Origin: Chloroflexota bacterium
GTDB taxonomy: Bacteria; Chloroflexota; Dehalococcoidia; Lucifugimonadales; QGNO01
NCBI GenBank assembly: GCA_003228195.2
Contig: QGNO01000004.1
Coordinates: 1,267-65,266, forward strand
Reading direction: 5' to 3'
Length of the DNA stretch: 64,000 nucleotides
Shown here: positions 19,080-29,253 of the stretch, one piece after another
Layout of the letters: each line of letters starts with the position of its first letter
How positions within the stretch are numbered: the stretch's first letter is position 1
The notes under the pieces: model-generated
What the model was told of the DNA's origin: nothing
Seen by the model: only the letters and a program-made list of their open reading frames with translations
Database searches by the model: none
Made by a program: the position numbers and the translations under genes

Positions 19080-19781
19080 ATGACAGACATTCCTGTATTG
19101 TATGCTTTCTCGGCTGGCATGTTAGCTACAATTAATCCTTGTGGCTTTGTAATGTTGCCAGCCTTCATTGCCTACCAAATAGGCCTGGCGGACACTTCCC
19201 GAGGTGTAGCGACAAGATTGGTTAACAGCATAACTGTAAGCCTTTTAGTCTCAGCCGGCTTCATTACTCTGTTTGGTATCATAGGTTTCATAATTTCGAT
19301 AGGCGGGGCATTCATCATAAGTGCTTTTCCATGGTTTGGTTTAGCAGCTGGGGTCGCCTTATCGTCTCTAGGGTTATATTCAATGTTCGCGAAGAAAAAA
19401 ATCGGTTTTATGCGCACAAGCCGACTCCAAGGACCAAGAGAGGTTCGTAGTGTACGAGAATACTACTTGTTCGGTATAAGTTATGGATTGGCATCATTAA
19501 GCTGCACTTTGCCAATTTTCCTAGTTGTAGTAGCTAGCGCTATTACTATAAAAGGTGCTATTCCAGGGTTGATTCAATTTATAAGCTATGGCCTAGGTAT
19601 GGGTTTCATTTTTGCTGGAATAACCATAAGTACTGTGTTTTTTAAAACCGCAACTGCAAACAAGTTACGACCAGTGATGAGACACTTAAATTTAATAGGA
19701 TCCGTTGCACTTACGGCGGCTGGATTGTACCTGGTTCATTATTGGACTTTTGGAGTTGGGGCTAAAGTGCTGTTTAATTGA
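19080..19781 (+). CDS. ccdA: Cytochrome c biogenesis protein CcdA family
   Basis: AGMLATINPCGFVMLP and ASLSCTLP TM cysteines; YGLGMG. Confidence 0.88.
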   Translation: MTDIPVLYAFSAGMLATINPCGFVMLPAFIAYQIGLADTSRGVATRLVNSITVSLLVSAGFITLFGIIGFIISIGGAFIISAFPWFGLAAGVALSSLGLYSMFAKKKIGFMRTSRLQGPREVRSVREYYLFGISYGLASLSCTLPIFLVVVASAITIKGAIPGLIQFISYGLGMGFIFAGITISTVFFKTATANKLRPVMRHLNLIGSVALTAAGLYLVHYWTFGVGAKVLFN

Positions 19782-19985
19782 TCGTGCCAATTTCAAACCC
19801 ACATCACTATCCCCAAATCCTAACTGGCTTGCGAAGCTGCGTTGTGCTTCCTCAAACCCATTCAAAACGTTTGTTGCGACAGTACTCGGGACCTGTGCTC
19901 TTACCAAGAAGGACCCTTTATTAAGGTCGATAGCCGTAACCTTGGTGTAAGTACTACCGAAATTTATAAGAAGCGCCAGCCACAT
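19780..19985 (-). pseudogene. Truncated N-terminal fragment of a glutamate mutase L (GlmL/MutL)-like protein
   Basis: MWLALLINFGSTYTKVTAIDL...RAQVPSTV..NV..G resembles the ALLIDFGSTYTK start of GlmL; similarity ends at LARS, where the family has LACSSAAGG. Confidence 0.7.
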
Positions 19986-20002
19986 AATCAATTCTACATT
20001 AA

Positions 20003-21478
20003 CTATCTGGACTGCCATCTAAGATCTGGCTCGCGCGCCGCTTTAGCCTCGTCCAAACGAGACACTGGGGTAGAATACGGAGCACCCCGTACAGTTTCAG
20101 GAATATTCTCCGACTCGGTCGCTATGGCCAACATAGCGTCTATAAAAGCATCCAACGTCTCTTTACTCTCTGATTCCGTCGGCTCTACCATTAAAGCTTC
20201 ATCAACAATTAGTGGAAAATACATGGTTGGTGCATGGAATCCATAGTCTAACAATCTCTTAGCAATATCCAGGCCTCTAACACCGTTTTTCTTTTGTCGC
20301 CTAGCTGACAAAACTACCTCGTGCATACAGAGTCTGTCATAAGACACGTCGTAAGACTCTTTCAACCTAGCTAAGAGGTAATTGGCATTTATAACCGCAT
20401 CTCTGCTAATTTGCCTCAAGCCGTCTGCCCCCAGTGATCGGATATAAGCATAAGCTCTTATCAACACCCCGAAATTTCCGTGGAACGCTCCAAGCCTCCC
20501 AATACTATGGTCAGATTTCACCAAAGAATACTGGGCAACATCTTGGTCCACTTTTTCAACGACTGTAGGCAACGGCAAGAAAGGGACCAGCCTCTCTGCA
20601 ACAGAAACCGGACCTGCCCCAGGCCCACCCCCACCATGAGGGGTACTGAAAGTCTTATGCAAGTTGATATGGACTACGTCGAATCCCAAATCGCCAAGTT
20701 TAAGTTGACCTAAGATCGCATTCATGTTTGCTCCGTCCCCGTAAACCAAGCCACCAGCTTTGTGCACGACATCACAAATCTCTACAATATCAGTCTCAAA
20801 TAGGCCGAGAGTACTGGGCAACGTTAGCATAATCCCTGCCAAATCCGACCCTACCAATTCCTTTAGAGCACCTAGGTCCATGTTGCCGTTCGAATCAGAG
20901 GGTATAGCCTTAACAGCAAATCCTCCCATGGCCGCGGATGCCGGATTCGTCCCGTGAGCGCTATCCGGAATTAACATGAGCTTCCTATGGGAGTCACCAT
21001 TTCTCTCATGGTAAGCCCTTATCATCAGTACTCCAGCCAGCTCGCCCTGTGCACCAGCCATTGAGGCCAAACTTGTAGCACTCATACCAGTGACTTCTGA
21101 AAGATAAGACTGCAATCTGTACATTACCTTCAATGCACCTTGGGAAAACTTCTCTGGTGTCTTCGGGTGAAGATAAGACATCCCAGGAATAGCGGCAACG
21201 ACATCATTTATTTTTGGGTTGTACTTCATAGTACAACTGCCAAGGGGATAGAAATGCGTGTCAATAGAATAATTAAGCTGGCTCAATTGGGTAAAATAAC
21301 GCACTACTTGCGGCTGAGATACCTCAGGCAAATCTAAGTTTTCTCTCAACAATCCTGGATCCGGCAAAGGTTGAACCGGAACATCAGATGCAGGCATTAT
21401 TATACCCCGTCTACCCACAACAGTCTGATCCATCAGCAGACTTAATTCGTTATTCCCTTTATCGTTTTTCGCTGCCAT
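20003..21478 (-). CDS. gcvPB: Glycine dehydrogenase subunit 2
   Basis: YPLGSCTMKYNP, AHGTNPASA and HINLHKTFSTPHGGGGPG (PLP Lys). Confidence 0.97.
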   Translation of the reverse strand: MAAKNDKGNNELSLLMDQTVVGRRGIIMPASDVPVQPLPDPGLLRENLDLPEVSQPQVVRYFTQLSQLNYSIDTHFYPLGSCTMKYNPKINDVVAAIPGMSYLHPKTPEKFSQGALKVMYRLQSYLSEVTGMSATSLASMAGAQGELAGVLMIRAYHERNGDSHRKLMLIPDSAHGTNPASAAMGGFAVKAIPSDSNGNMDLGALKELVGSDLAGIMLTLPSTLGLFETDIVEICDVVHKAGGLVYGDGANMNAILGQLKLGDLGFDVVHINLHKTFSTPHGGGGPGAGPVSVAERLVPFLPLPTVVEKVDQDVAQYSLVKSDHSIGRLGAFHGNFGVLIRAYAYIRSLGADGLRQISRDAVINANYLLARLKESYDVSYDRLCMHEVVLSARRQKKNGVRGLDIAKRLLDYGFHAPTMYFPLIVDEALMVEPTESESKETLDAFIDAMLAIATESENIPETVRGAPYSTPVSRLDEAKAAREPDLRWQSR

Positions 21479-22803
21479 TATTTACCAATATCCGATAAAG
21501 CCTGAACCAAAGCCTCTATTTCCACTCTTGTATTAACTTCAGTTACACAAATTAACATTCCGTTATGTATACGGTCACTAATATCTAGTCCTCCGATAAT
21601 GCCTTTTGAAGCCAAAGTCTCGTTGATCTCTGAGGGTGACCTGGGACATTCCACAACAAACTCTTGGAAAAACACCCCGTCTAACGGAAGCGAGTAACCA
21701 GGTATTTGCTGTATAAGTGAAGCGGCGTAGTGAGATTTCTGATAACACAGTTGAGCTACTTCTTTTATCCCTTCTTTTCCAAGTATCGCACTATAGACGG
21801 TTGTCATAAGCCCTATCAGCGCAGTCGATGTGCATATGTTAGATGTGGCCTTTTCACGACGTATGTGTTGTTCCCTTGTTTGAAGTGTCAAAACATAAGC
21901 AGTACGGATATTACTATCAACAGTTTTTCCAACTATCCGCCCAGGTAATTGCCTTACATATTCCTTCTTACAAGTAAACAAACCCACATAAGGCCCCCCA
22001 AAACTTACAGGTACGCCGAGCGGCTGTCCTTCAGCAGTCACTATGTCGGCACCGTAACTCCCAGGCGGTCTGAACAGAACAGACGCAAACGGGTCTGTGG
22101 CAATGACGGCCAAGGCATCCAAGCTATGGGCAGTCTCAATCAAATTTTCGAGTGGCTCAATATATCCATAGAAATTTGGACTCTGTGCGACAATACATGC
22201 AGTTTCCCTTTTCAAATTCGTGGAGTTAGCCGTCACAGGATAAATTTCGATCCCTTGTGGCAGCGTATAGGTCTTCAATACATCAATGTAATCAGGCGAG
22301 ACTGTATCTAAATAAGCAACCTTATAACGTCTTTTTATTCTGCAGGCCATCAATGCACCCTCTGCGAAACTACTAGCACCGTCATACATTCCCGCATTCG
22401 CGACATCCATATCAAGAATCTGCCCCACCATCGTCTGGAATTCATAAGCGGCTTGCAAAGTGCCTTGGCTAACTTCAGGTTGGTAAGGGGTATAAGCGGT
22501 CAAGAATTCTCCCCTATTTACGATCGCTTGAACAACCGCCGGTATGTAGTGGCGATAAGCACCTGCCCCTAAGAAAAATGGACCCTGATCAGCGTGACGA
22601 TTCTCATCACCTAGCGCCTGCAATTCTCTTAAAAGGTCCATCTCTGGTAAAGCCTGCGGAATATCAAGCGAAGGCGCCGAATAACCTTGTGGAATGTCAC
22701 GAAACAGTTCTTCGGCGCTAGAAACGCCTATCACTTTCAGCATCTCCTCCCGGTCGGCAGGAGTATTCGGAATATACGGATGTTGGAATGAACCGCTCTG
22801 CAT
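21478..22803 (-). CDS. gcvPA: Glycine dehydrogenase subunit 1
   Basis: FLGAGAY, EFLTAYTPYQPEVSQG and LQTREQHIRREKATSNIC. Confidence 0.97.
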   Translation of the reverse strand: MQSGSFQHPYIPNTPADREEMLKVIGVSSAEELFRDIPQGYSAPSLDIPQALPEMDLLRELQALGDENRHADQGPFFLGAGAYRHYIPAVVQAIVNRGEFLTAYTPYQPEVSQGTLQAAYEFQTMVGQILDMDVANAGMYDGASSFAEGALMACRIKRRYKVAYLDTVSPDYIDVLKTYTLPQGIEIYPVTANSTNLKRETACIVAQSPNFYGYIEPLENLIETAHSLDALAVIATDPFASVLFRPPGSYGADIVTAEGQPLGVPVSFGGPYVGLFTCKKEYVRQLPGRIVGKTVDSNIRTAYVLTLQTREQHIRREKATSNICTSTALIGLMTTVYSAILGKEGIKEVAQLCYQKSHYAASLIQQIPGYSLPLDGVFFQEFVVECPRSPSEINETLASKGIIGGLDISDRIHNGMLICVTEVNTRVEIEALVQALSDIGK

Positions 22804-22808
22804 CCGGG

Positions 22809-23201
22809 TTAGTGCTCTATTTCAGAAAGGTATAAATCATACTCTTGGGAGTTAAGTAAATTATTCAACTGCAATCCATCTACTGAAGACAACTTCACTA
22901 TCCACCCAGAGTCGTAAGGATCCGAATTGACCAACTCGGGTTTCTCTATTAGGACCCCATTGGTTTCACTGATCTCTCCAGAAATCGGACTGAAAAAATC
23001 AGATACGGCCTTAACAGACTCGATTTCTCCGAGCTTATCAAATTGATTAACCACATCCCCAACATTCGGCAAGTCAACATATACTACGTCCCCGAGCTGA
23101 TCTTGAGCGTAATCAGTGATCCCAACGAAAGCGACCCCTTGAGGCTCTGTCAGCACCCACTCATGTTCTTTTGAATATCGCCTGTCAGTTGGACTGTTCA
23201 A
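22809..23201 (-). CDS. gcvH: Glycine cleavage system H protein
   Basis: GITDYAQDQLGDVVYV, IESVKAVSD (lipoyl Lys) and VNSDPY..GW. Confidence 0.97.
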   Translation of the reverse strand: MNSPTDRRYSKEHEWVLTEPQGVAFVGITDYAQDQLGDVVYVDLPNVGDVVNQFDKLGEIESVKAVSDFFSPISGEISETNGVLIEKPELVNSDPYDSGWIVKLSSVDGLQLNNLLNSQEYDLYLSEIEH

Positions 23202-24283
23202 CTCTTCCTCCGTGTGTAGAAAGGAAGCGTAGTAACTTGCGCCTCCACCAAACGACCGCGCACTGATATATGTATTAAAGTGCCAGGGGATGCAGCCTCA
23301 ATTGGAACATACCCCAACCCTATATAGCTGTCAAGTGAGGGAGAATATCCTCCGCTAGTCACTACACCAACAATAGTTTCGCCCTTTATTATGTCAAATC
23401 CATGACGTGGAACTCCCCTATCAACCATCAAGAATCCCACCAGTTTCTTGTTTATGCCATGCTTAAGGACAGTATGAAATGAAGCTGAGGACATCGATTC
23501 TTTTTCGGTAAACACAAACCTATCCAAACCAGCTTCAAAAGGATTTACAGTTTCATCCATATCAGAACCGTGAAGTAACAATCCCGCTTCCAGTCTTAAA
23601 ATATCTCTAGATCCCAAGCCACACGGAGCCGCCCCTCTTTCTACCAAGCCATACCATACCTCAGGGCAGACAGTTGATTCAGGCATTATCTCAAAACCAT
23701 CTTCACCAGTATATCCAGTTCTGGCTACCAGCATTGATTGACCAAGTATTTCTGCTCTCCTGATTTGAAAAGGCCTAAGCGCTTCGACTATCCCAGGTGC
23801 AAAATCATTCATCGCTTCATTTGCAAACGGACCCTGTAACGCAATCATTCCAATCGTCGTAGTTAGATCGTCCAATTCAACGCTGTTGAATTGCTTATCT
23901 CTAGCCGCTGTTAGTACTGCCCAAACCTTCGCCCTATTAGACGCATTGCATATCAACAAGTATTTTTCTTCGCCGAGTCGATAAAGAATACCGTCGTCTA
24001 TGATACCGCCCTTATCATTACAAATTAATGTGTATTTGGCCCTGCTAACTCGTAGGCTAGAAACGTCGGCAGTAGTTAACCAATTGAGAATTCGTATGGC
24101 ATCTGAGCCAGTCAACCAAATACGACCCATGTGTGACACATCAAACAGTCCCAATTGTGACCGAACGGTACGGACCTCAGCCAGAATGCCAGCAAATTGT
24201 ATCGGCATCTCCCAACCCGCAAAGTCTACTAATCTCCCTTGTAAAGCAACATGTGTCTTATACAAGGGAGTTCTATTAAGCAT
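23198..24283 (-). CDS. gcvT: Glycine cleavage system aminomethyltransferase T
   Basis: FAGWEMP, LFDVSHMG, RTGYTGEDGFE and GLGSRD.LRLEAG. Confidence 0.97.
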   Translation of the reverse strand: MLNRTPLYKTHVALQGRLVDFAGWEMPIQFAGILAEVRTVRSQLGLFDVSHMGRIWLTGSDAIRILNWLTTADVSSLRVSRAKYTLICNDKGGIIDDGILYRLGEEKYLLICNASNRAKVWAVLTAARDKQFNSVELDDLTTTIGMIALQGPFANEAMNDFAPGIVEALRPFQIRRAEILGQSMLVARTGYTGEDGFEIMPESTVCPEVWYGLVERGAAPCGLGSRDILRLEAGLLLHGSDMDETVNPFEAGLDRFVFTEKESMSSASFHTVLKHGINKKLVGFLMVDRGVPRHGFDIIKGETIVGVVTSGGYSPSLDSYIGLGYVPIEAASPGTLIHISVRGRLVEAQVTTLPFYTRRKS

Positions 24284-24549
24284 ATAAATTACTCAAACCT
24301 CCGATCCTAATTTGTCGTTCCCATACAAATGCTTTTTACATCTCTAGTTAAAGCCATAAAAAAAGATATTATCGAGACAAACAATCTACGGCACGCTCAA
24401 CAAGTTAACCATGTTAACAGTGCATCGCATTTTCTTTCAATATCACTTCATGGGTGGACTCACCAATATGTAGAGATCACAAATTCACTACATGATTCTT
24501 GTTACTGGGTTCCTAAAGAGCTAGAATTTGTTTATGGTAGCATTGGACA

Positions 24550-25017
24550 ATGGGCAAGACATCAAATCGTGAAACTGTTTCTGCTACTAGAGAGCCAGAG
24601 GGCTTCTTCTCCGGTGCTAGAAAAGTATATGTTGCTGTTTCATTACTCGCGATCGCAGTTGGCTTTTTAGCGGTTAACGCCTTCCAGGGTGCAACTGTTT
24701 ATTACTTAACCGTCGAAGAACTTCTCGCGGAAGGTAATACTAATACAGACACAATACGGGTAAGCGGAAAACTAATTCCAGCCTCCTTTGAAAGAGAAAC
24801 TCAAGGTACTTTGGCACATTTCGAATTGATAGGGAATGAATCTGTACTTAAAGCAAGCTACGATGGTATTTTGCCCGAATTATTCTTTAACGAACATTCA
24901 GACATCGTCCTAGAGGGCTCAATGTCAGCAGATGGACATTTCCACAGTGAAACGATAATAGTCAAGTGTCCAACAAAATATGAAGCCTCGCCTAAAACAC
25001 CAGAAATTAACTCCTGA
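24550..25017 (+). CDS. ccmE: Cytochrome c maturation heme chaperone CcmE, CxxxY type
   Basis: N-terminal TM, YYLTVEE, YDGILPELF and KCPTKY. Confidence 0.9.
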   Translation: MGKTSNRETVSATREPEGFFSGARKVYVAVSLLAIAVGFLAVNAFQGATVYYLTVEELLAEGNTNTDTIRVSGKLIPASFERETQGTLAHFELIGNESVLKASYDGILPELFFNEHSDIVLEGSMSADGHFHSETIIVKCPTKYEASPKTPEINS

Positions 25018-25121
25018 ATGAAACAGGATGAGGCCCACAATTAGCAACTTTCAGGGTGACTAAGGATCCACTGGCGGTCGTCATTCACACGCTCGCATAA
25101 TTCTCAAGGTGCCTCTATACA

Positions 25122-25150
25122 TTGACACAACACACGTAGCTCAGTAAAAT
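25122..25150 (+). promoter_or_regulatory. Sigma70-type promoter
   Basis: TTGACA-N17-TAAAAT upstream of the small Zn-finger-like ORF. Confidence 0.65.
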
Positions 25151-25176
25151 CTATTCAAGTTTCATTTGCTCCGGAG

Positions 25177-25419
25177 TTGGATCTTAGGGAGGGCAGTTTC
25201 GTGAGTGATACAATCGGCGTTTCTTTGTCTATTGGAACGGTGGAAGCCACAGATGTGATAACCGAGGAATGTGTTCATTTCTGGCTTATAGAGCCTCCTA
25301 ACGGGCCTACTAGCTACGGCTCCTGTAGACAGTGCGGGGTTAGGCAAGAGTTCCGTAATTCTGTTGAGACTTCTTCTTGGAACAAAGGTGGAGACAAAGC
25401 AGAAGACTCTTGGACATAA
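25177..25419 (+). CDS. Small putative zinc-ribbon protein
   Basis: CVHFWLIE..NGPTS.G.CRQCG...EFRNS (CxH...CxxC); the start may be the GTG at 25201 behind GGGAGG. Confidence 0.75.
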   Translation: MDLREGSFVSDTIGVSLSIGTVEATDVITEECVHFWLIEPPNGPTSYGSCRQCGVRQEFRNSVETSSWNKGGDKAEDSWT

Positions 25420-25512
25420 GTCCAATAGCTCTTAGCTAAAATCGTTATAATCCTCCAACCTGAGTTGTTATTGGATCAACGGTTAATGTCGCCTTGGTGA
25501 TTTTCCCATTAT

Positions 25513-26724
25513 ATGACTGAGAAACCTGAACAGCACACTGTATTTCGTAGAATTGCTGACAAAGGGAAAATTACCTTCGCTGAATTTATGGAATCTGCCT
25601 TGTATTCGCCTTTAGATGGATACTATTTTAATTCCGGAAGGGATTATCCACCGACTGACTACTTTACATCCCCGATGGCGCATCCCACTTTCGCAGCATT
25701 AATTGCCGTGCAATTAGAAGAAATGTGGACAACTTTGGGTAATCCAAGTCAATTCACAGTAATAGAGCAAGGTGCAGGTAGCGGTCACTTAGGAAAATAT
25801 ATTCGCCAATACGCCAACAATCTCGATCCCTCATTCAACAACTCGCTTAATTACATAGAATTAGATCGATCTTTTGGAGCCTCAAGCTTAGATCTGAATG
25901 AAGTAGCACCTAACAAAATAATTGGGTGCATTATTTCTAACGAACTTCTCGATGCTTTCCCGTTTCACCGAGTGAAGATGGAGAAAGGACAACTCCAGGA
26001 GATTTACGTTACTACCTTGAATGGTTCCATAGTGGAGGTTTTAGGCAGTCTTTCTCAAATAGCACTCCAGCTACGATTGCAAAATGACCGAGTCGATCTA
26101 AAGGAAGGACAGATTGCCGAAATATCCCTGAATTTAGACAGCTGGGTTCAAGATGTCAGCAACGTTCTTGAAAGCGGGTTCGTAATCACTATCGACTACG
26201 GCAGCCTATCAGACCAGCTGTACAACTGTAGTAAGATGAATGGCACTCTCCAGTGTTATTCACAACACACCGCAAACGCTGACCCATATCAACAAATAGG
26301 CAACCAAGATATAACCGCACACGTAGATTTTTCAGCGGTAATCTCAATAGGCAAACAATTCGGTTTGGCGTCTTATGAGATGATTAACCAACGAACTTTA
26401 CTGGATAACTTAGGATTACAAGTATTTATCAAACGTCTAAATTACGAAAACTTAAGCCAACAACAACGAGACATTAACAGATTGGCAATGCTGGCACTTA
26501 CTCGGCCAGATGGGTTAGGTGACTTCAAAGTACTAATACAATCAAAAAATGTTACTAAACCGAAAATAACTGGCCTTACAGGAAATAACGTACAACTTAA
26601 AAATCGATTACTAAAATTACCACTACCATTACTGGAACAAGACCATATCAATCTGCTTGAGTCTCGGTACCCACATGCTCACAGTGATTCGAATGACTGG
26701 TGGTCGTACGACAACATCTCTTAG
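25513..26724 (+). CDS. SAM-dependent methyltransferase, MidA/NDUFAF7 family
   Basis: ITFAEFM..ALY...GYY, DYFTSP, EQGAGSG, SNELLDAFP, IDYG and QDITAHVDF. Confidence 0.92.
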   Translation: MTEKPEQHTVFRRIADKGKITFAEFMESALYSPLDGYYFNSGRDYPPTDYFTSPMAHPTFAALIAVQLEEMWTTLGNPSQFTVIEQGAGSGHLGKYIRQYANNLDPSFNNSLNYIELDRSFGASSLDLNEVAPNKIIGCIISNELLDAFPFHRVKMEKGQLQEIYVTTLNGSIVEVLGSLSQIALQLRLQNDRVDLKEGQIAEISLNLDSWVQDVSNVLESGFVITIDYGSLSDQLYNCSKMNGTLQCYSQHTANADPYQQIGNQDITAHVDFSAVISIGKQFGLASYEMINQRTLLDNLGLQVFIKRLNYENLSQQQRDINRLAMLALTRPDGLGDFKVLIQSKNVTKPKITGLTGNNVQLKNRLLKLPLPLLEQDHINLLESRYPHAHSDSNDWWSYDNIS

Positions 26725-26791
26725 CTCACTAACATTTTGGTTATTGAGGTTCAGATAAATACCACCGCCTTTTATACCAACTCTATAGTTG

Positions 26792-26820
26792 TTGACAGTG
26801 CACGAGCACAACTTTAGAAT
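26792..26820 (+). promoter_or_regulatory. Sigma70-type promoter for the MaoC-like gene
   Basis: TTGACA-N17-TAGAAT. Confidence 0.65.
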
Positions 26821-26867
26821 CCGCAGCATCCTCCCCTATCTACCCAAAAACAAGGACAGGCGTCATT

Positions 26868-28220
26868 ATGAGCACCACCTCTTCCCAATCTTTCGAAGAA
26901 GCAGTTGCCGAGTATATCGACGAGTCAAGAGCCCAAATTGACCAAGAAATCATGGAGAATATCCCGCCATGGCCACCGGCTCCATATGAACAGGGCCCTC
27001 CTCCTTTCGAAGCAGCCCTGAGATTAGACTCTGAAATAATCAGTGCTTTCGCTAAGAACCTCGGTGATAACAACCCTCTCTACTCTGAGCCTAAGTACGG
27101 ATTGAATACACGATACGGTTGCCAAATTGCCCCAGGAGTGATTGTTTCGTCTGTCAGATATCCCACAGGTCACGGGGCCCAGCGCCCCGAAGGATACCCA
27201 GTTGCAAACTTTTACTCAGGTACCGCTTTCGAATTTTTCGATGCAATCAGAGTAGGCTCTAAGTTTCGCACCACAAAGGTTCCGAAGGAGCTCGTCGAAA
27301 AGCAAGGCTCGAAAGGCGCTCTACTTTTCCTCATTACAGAGCTTAACTATTGAGATTATCATGGCGATCTTTTATCTAAGGTCTATTCCACACAGATTCA
27401 AATTCCGACGGCCACTATGGGCGCAACACGATCCATGGACCCTGCCCGCCTGGGAGAGCACATGTTATACGAAAGGGGAGCCCACAACTACACAACGCAA
27501 AACATTCAAGATGCCTTAGGTGGCATCAAAAAAAAGACTCGGAGAGGATCGGTGACGTTATTCTGGGAAGATGTAGAAATTGGTGACGAATTGGGTCCCC
27601 TGGTGCTTCCTCCTTGGACTTTGCAGGATCAATTAGCTTACCACTTCCTCACATACGCAGCGTCAGCGGGAGAGGAAATGCCAGGAGACGTTTATGCTTT
27701 CGAGCCGGCCTATCACAATATGCGCCGATGGCCTGGTAGAGCCCGAATACATCCAAATACTTATTGGCCGTGGACTCCGGGTAATGAACACGAGGATGCT
27801 GTCCTTTCACCATATCGAACGCAACCTTTGCCTTTCGATTTCGGGCTGCAACGCTGTCAATTTCCTCAGCAACTTCTGACAAATTGGATGGGCGATGATG
27901 GTTTCATTCGACGACAACAAGCCAGCCTGAGGAGACCAGTCTTCTATTCTGATATCACTACATATACCGGGGAAGTGGTAAAGAAGTCTGTAGTAGTAGA
28001 AAAAGGGACTGACAAGTCAGGCGGAATTCCAGGAGAACAAGAATATTACGCCGTAGGAATACGGATTCACGGATTTAACCAGATAGGCGAAGAGCAATCT
28101 CCGGGTACTGCTACAGTTTATCTACCTTCAAGAGAGGGGGGGGCGGTAAAGCTACCAATTCCTCACCCAGAAAAGCCTCCTTACGTTCCGTTCGAAACCT
28201 TTCGAACGGACTGGTTCTAA
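26868..28220 (+). pseudogene. Double hotdog (MaoC/FAS1-like) dehydratase interrupted by one in-frame TGA at 27351-27353
   Basis: ORFs 26868-27353 and 27417-28220 share a frame; the junction reads ELNY*DYHGDLLSKV; motifs GDNNPLYSEP.Y, IAP, FWEDVEIGDEL and LTNWMGDDGF. Confidence 0.8.
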
Positions 28221-28257
28221 TCAGGCCACTTTTACCCATTACCTAGTCACTAAAGTT

Positions 28258-28533
28258 CTATTTCGAATTCTTAGTCTTGGTGTAGCGATCGGTAAGTTCG
28301 GCGATTTCACGCTCTAAATCACGCTGACGTCTCCTGATATAAAATGCATATCCAAAAAACGCCGCCCAAGTTATAGAAAAAACGGCAAACAGGAAAGGAA
28401 CATTAGAATCGCTGAGTTTGCCAGTTTCAAGACTCTCAACACCCATTGAAATCAGCCCAAACACCATTAAGCATAAGGTTAGTGAAAATAATTTCGCATA
28501 CTCCCGCCCACGCCAAGGACTCCATTTCTTCAT
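28258..28533 (-). CDS. ccmD: CcmD-like heme exporter small subunit
   Basis: Directly follows ccmC; FLFAVFSITWAAFFGYAFYIRRRQRDLEREI (TM then basic coiled coil). Confidence 0.7.
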   Translation of the reverse strand: MKKWSPWRGREYAKLFSLTLCLMVFGLISMGVESLETGKLSDSNVPFLFAVFSITWAAFFGYAFYIRRRQRDLEREIAELTDRYTKTKNSK

Positions 28534-28534
28534 A

Positions 28535-29242
28535 TCAATAAATTCCTTCCTTATGTCGTATTGATAATATTCGATCATATGCACACGTAAGCGCTAATCT
28601 TTCTTTAACCAGGTACACGAAAAGCAAAGTAAAGGTCAAAGCTGAAAAAAGAAGGACAGTCCTCATCTGAGAATCAAGGTTGCCGGTTTCTGAAGCCGGC
28701 CCTATCACCATTTCGGGATGTACTGTTCTCCACAATATGGTCGAATAATAAACGATAGGAACATTAACGAAGGCAACTATCCCCATAACAGCTGCATATC
28801 TAGCACCTTGCTCCCTTGAAGGAGCGTAACCCCTTAACATCAGGTAGCCGACATACATCAACCATAATATAGTTGATGTGGTTAACCTTGGGTCCCATGT
28901 CCACCAAACACCCCATACTGGCTTGGCCCATATAGCCCCTGTTACGAGCATGAGAGTAGTACAAAGTACTCCTACTTCCGCTGCAGCCTGTGCCAGACCA
29001 TCCCACGGTTGAGTTTTTTTCCATAGGTACATTACACTTCCAATAAACACTACAAAAAAAGCAAGGAAACCTATCCAGGCAAGTGGCACATGTACATACA
29101 GCACCTTCTGAACTAATCCCATTACCATCTCTGTAGGTGCCCAAAAAAAGATCAGCGCCAAATTTGTGATCATAATTGCAGCCAGAACAGAGATTAGAAA
29201 TACCCTTACATCAAAACTCTTATAAGGGTTATTAGAATCCAA
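28535..29242 (-). CDS. ccmC: Heme exporter CcmC
   Basis: YVHVP, WAKPVWGVWWTWDPRLT (WWD domain) and RTVHP. Confidence 0.95.
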   Translation of the reverse strand: MDSNNPYKSFDVRVFLISVLAAIMITNLALIFFWAPTEMVMGLVQKVLYVHVPLAWIGFLAFFVVFIGSVMYLWKKTQPWDGLAQAAAEVGVLCTTLMLVTGAIWAKPVWGVWWTWDPRLTTSTILWLMYVGYLMLRGYAPSREQGARYAAVMGIVAFVNVPIVYYSTILWRTVHPEMVIGPASETGNLDSQMRTVLLFSALTFTLLFVYLVKERLALTCAYDRILSIRHKEGIY

Positions 29243-29253
29243 CTTAAAAATCT

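Noticed and set aside
24284-24549. Expected glycine riboswitch upstream of gcvT
   Set aside because: No GGAGA/CCGAAG/CTCTCAGG core motifs on the minus strand
26868-28220. Genome-wide TGA recoding (code 4 or 25)
   Set aside because: TGA terminates conserved genes at their expected ends (e.g. trxB, gcvT, coxS-like), and Trp is encoded by TGG throughout
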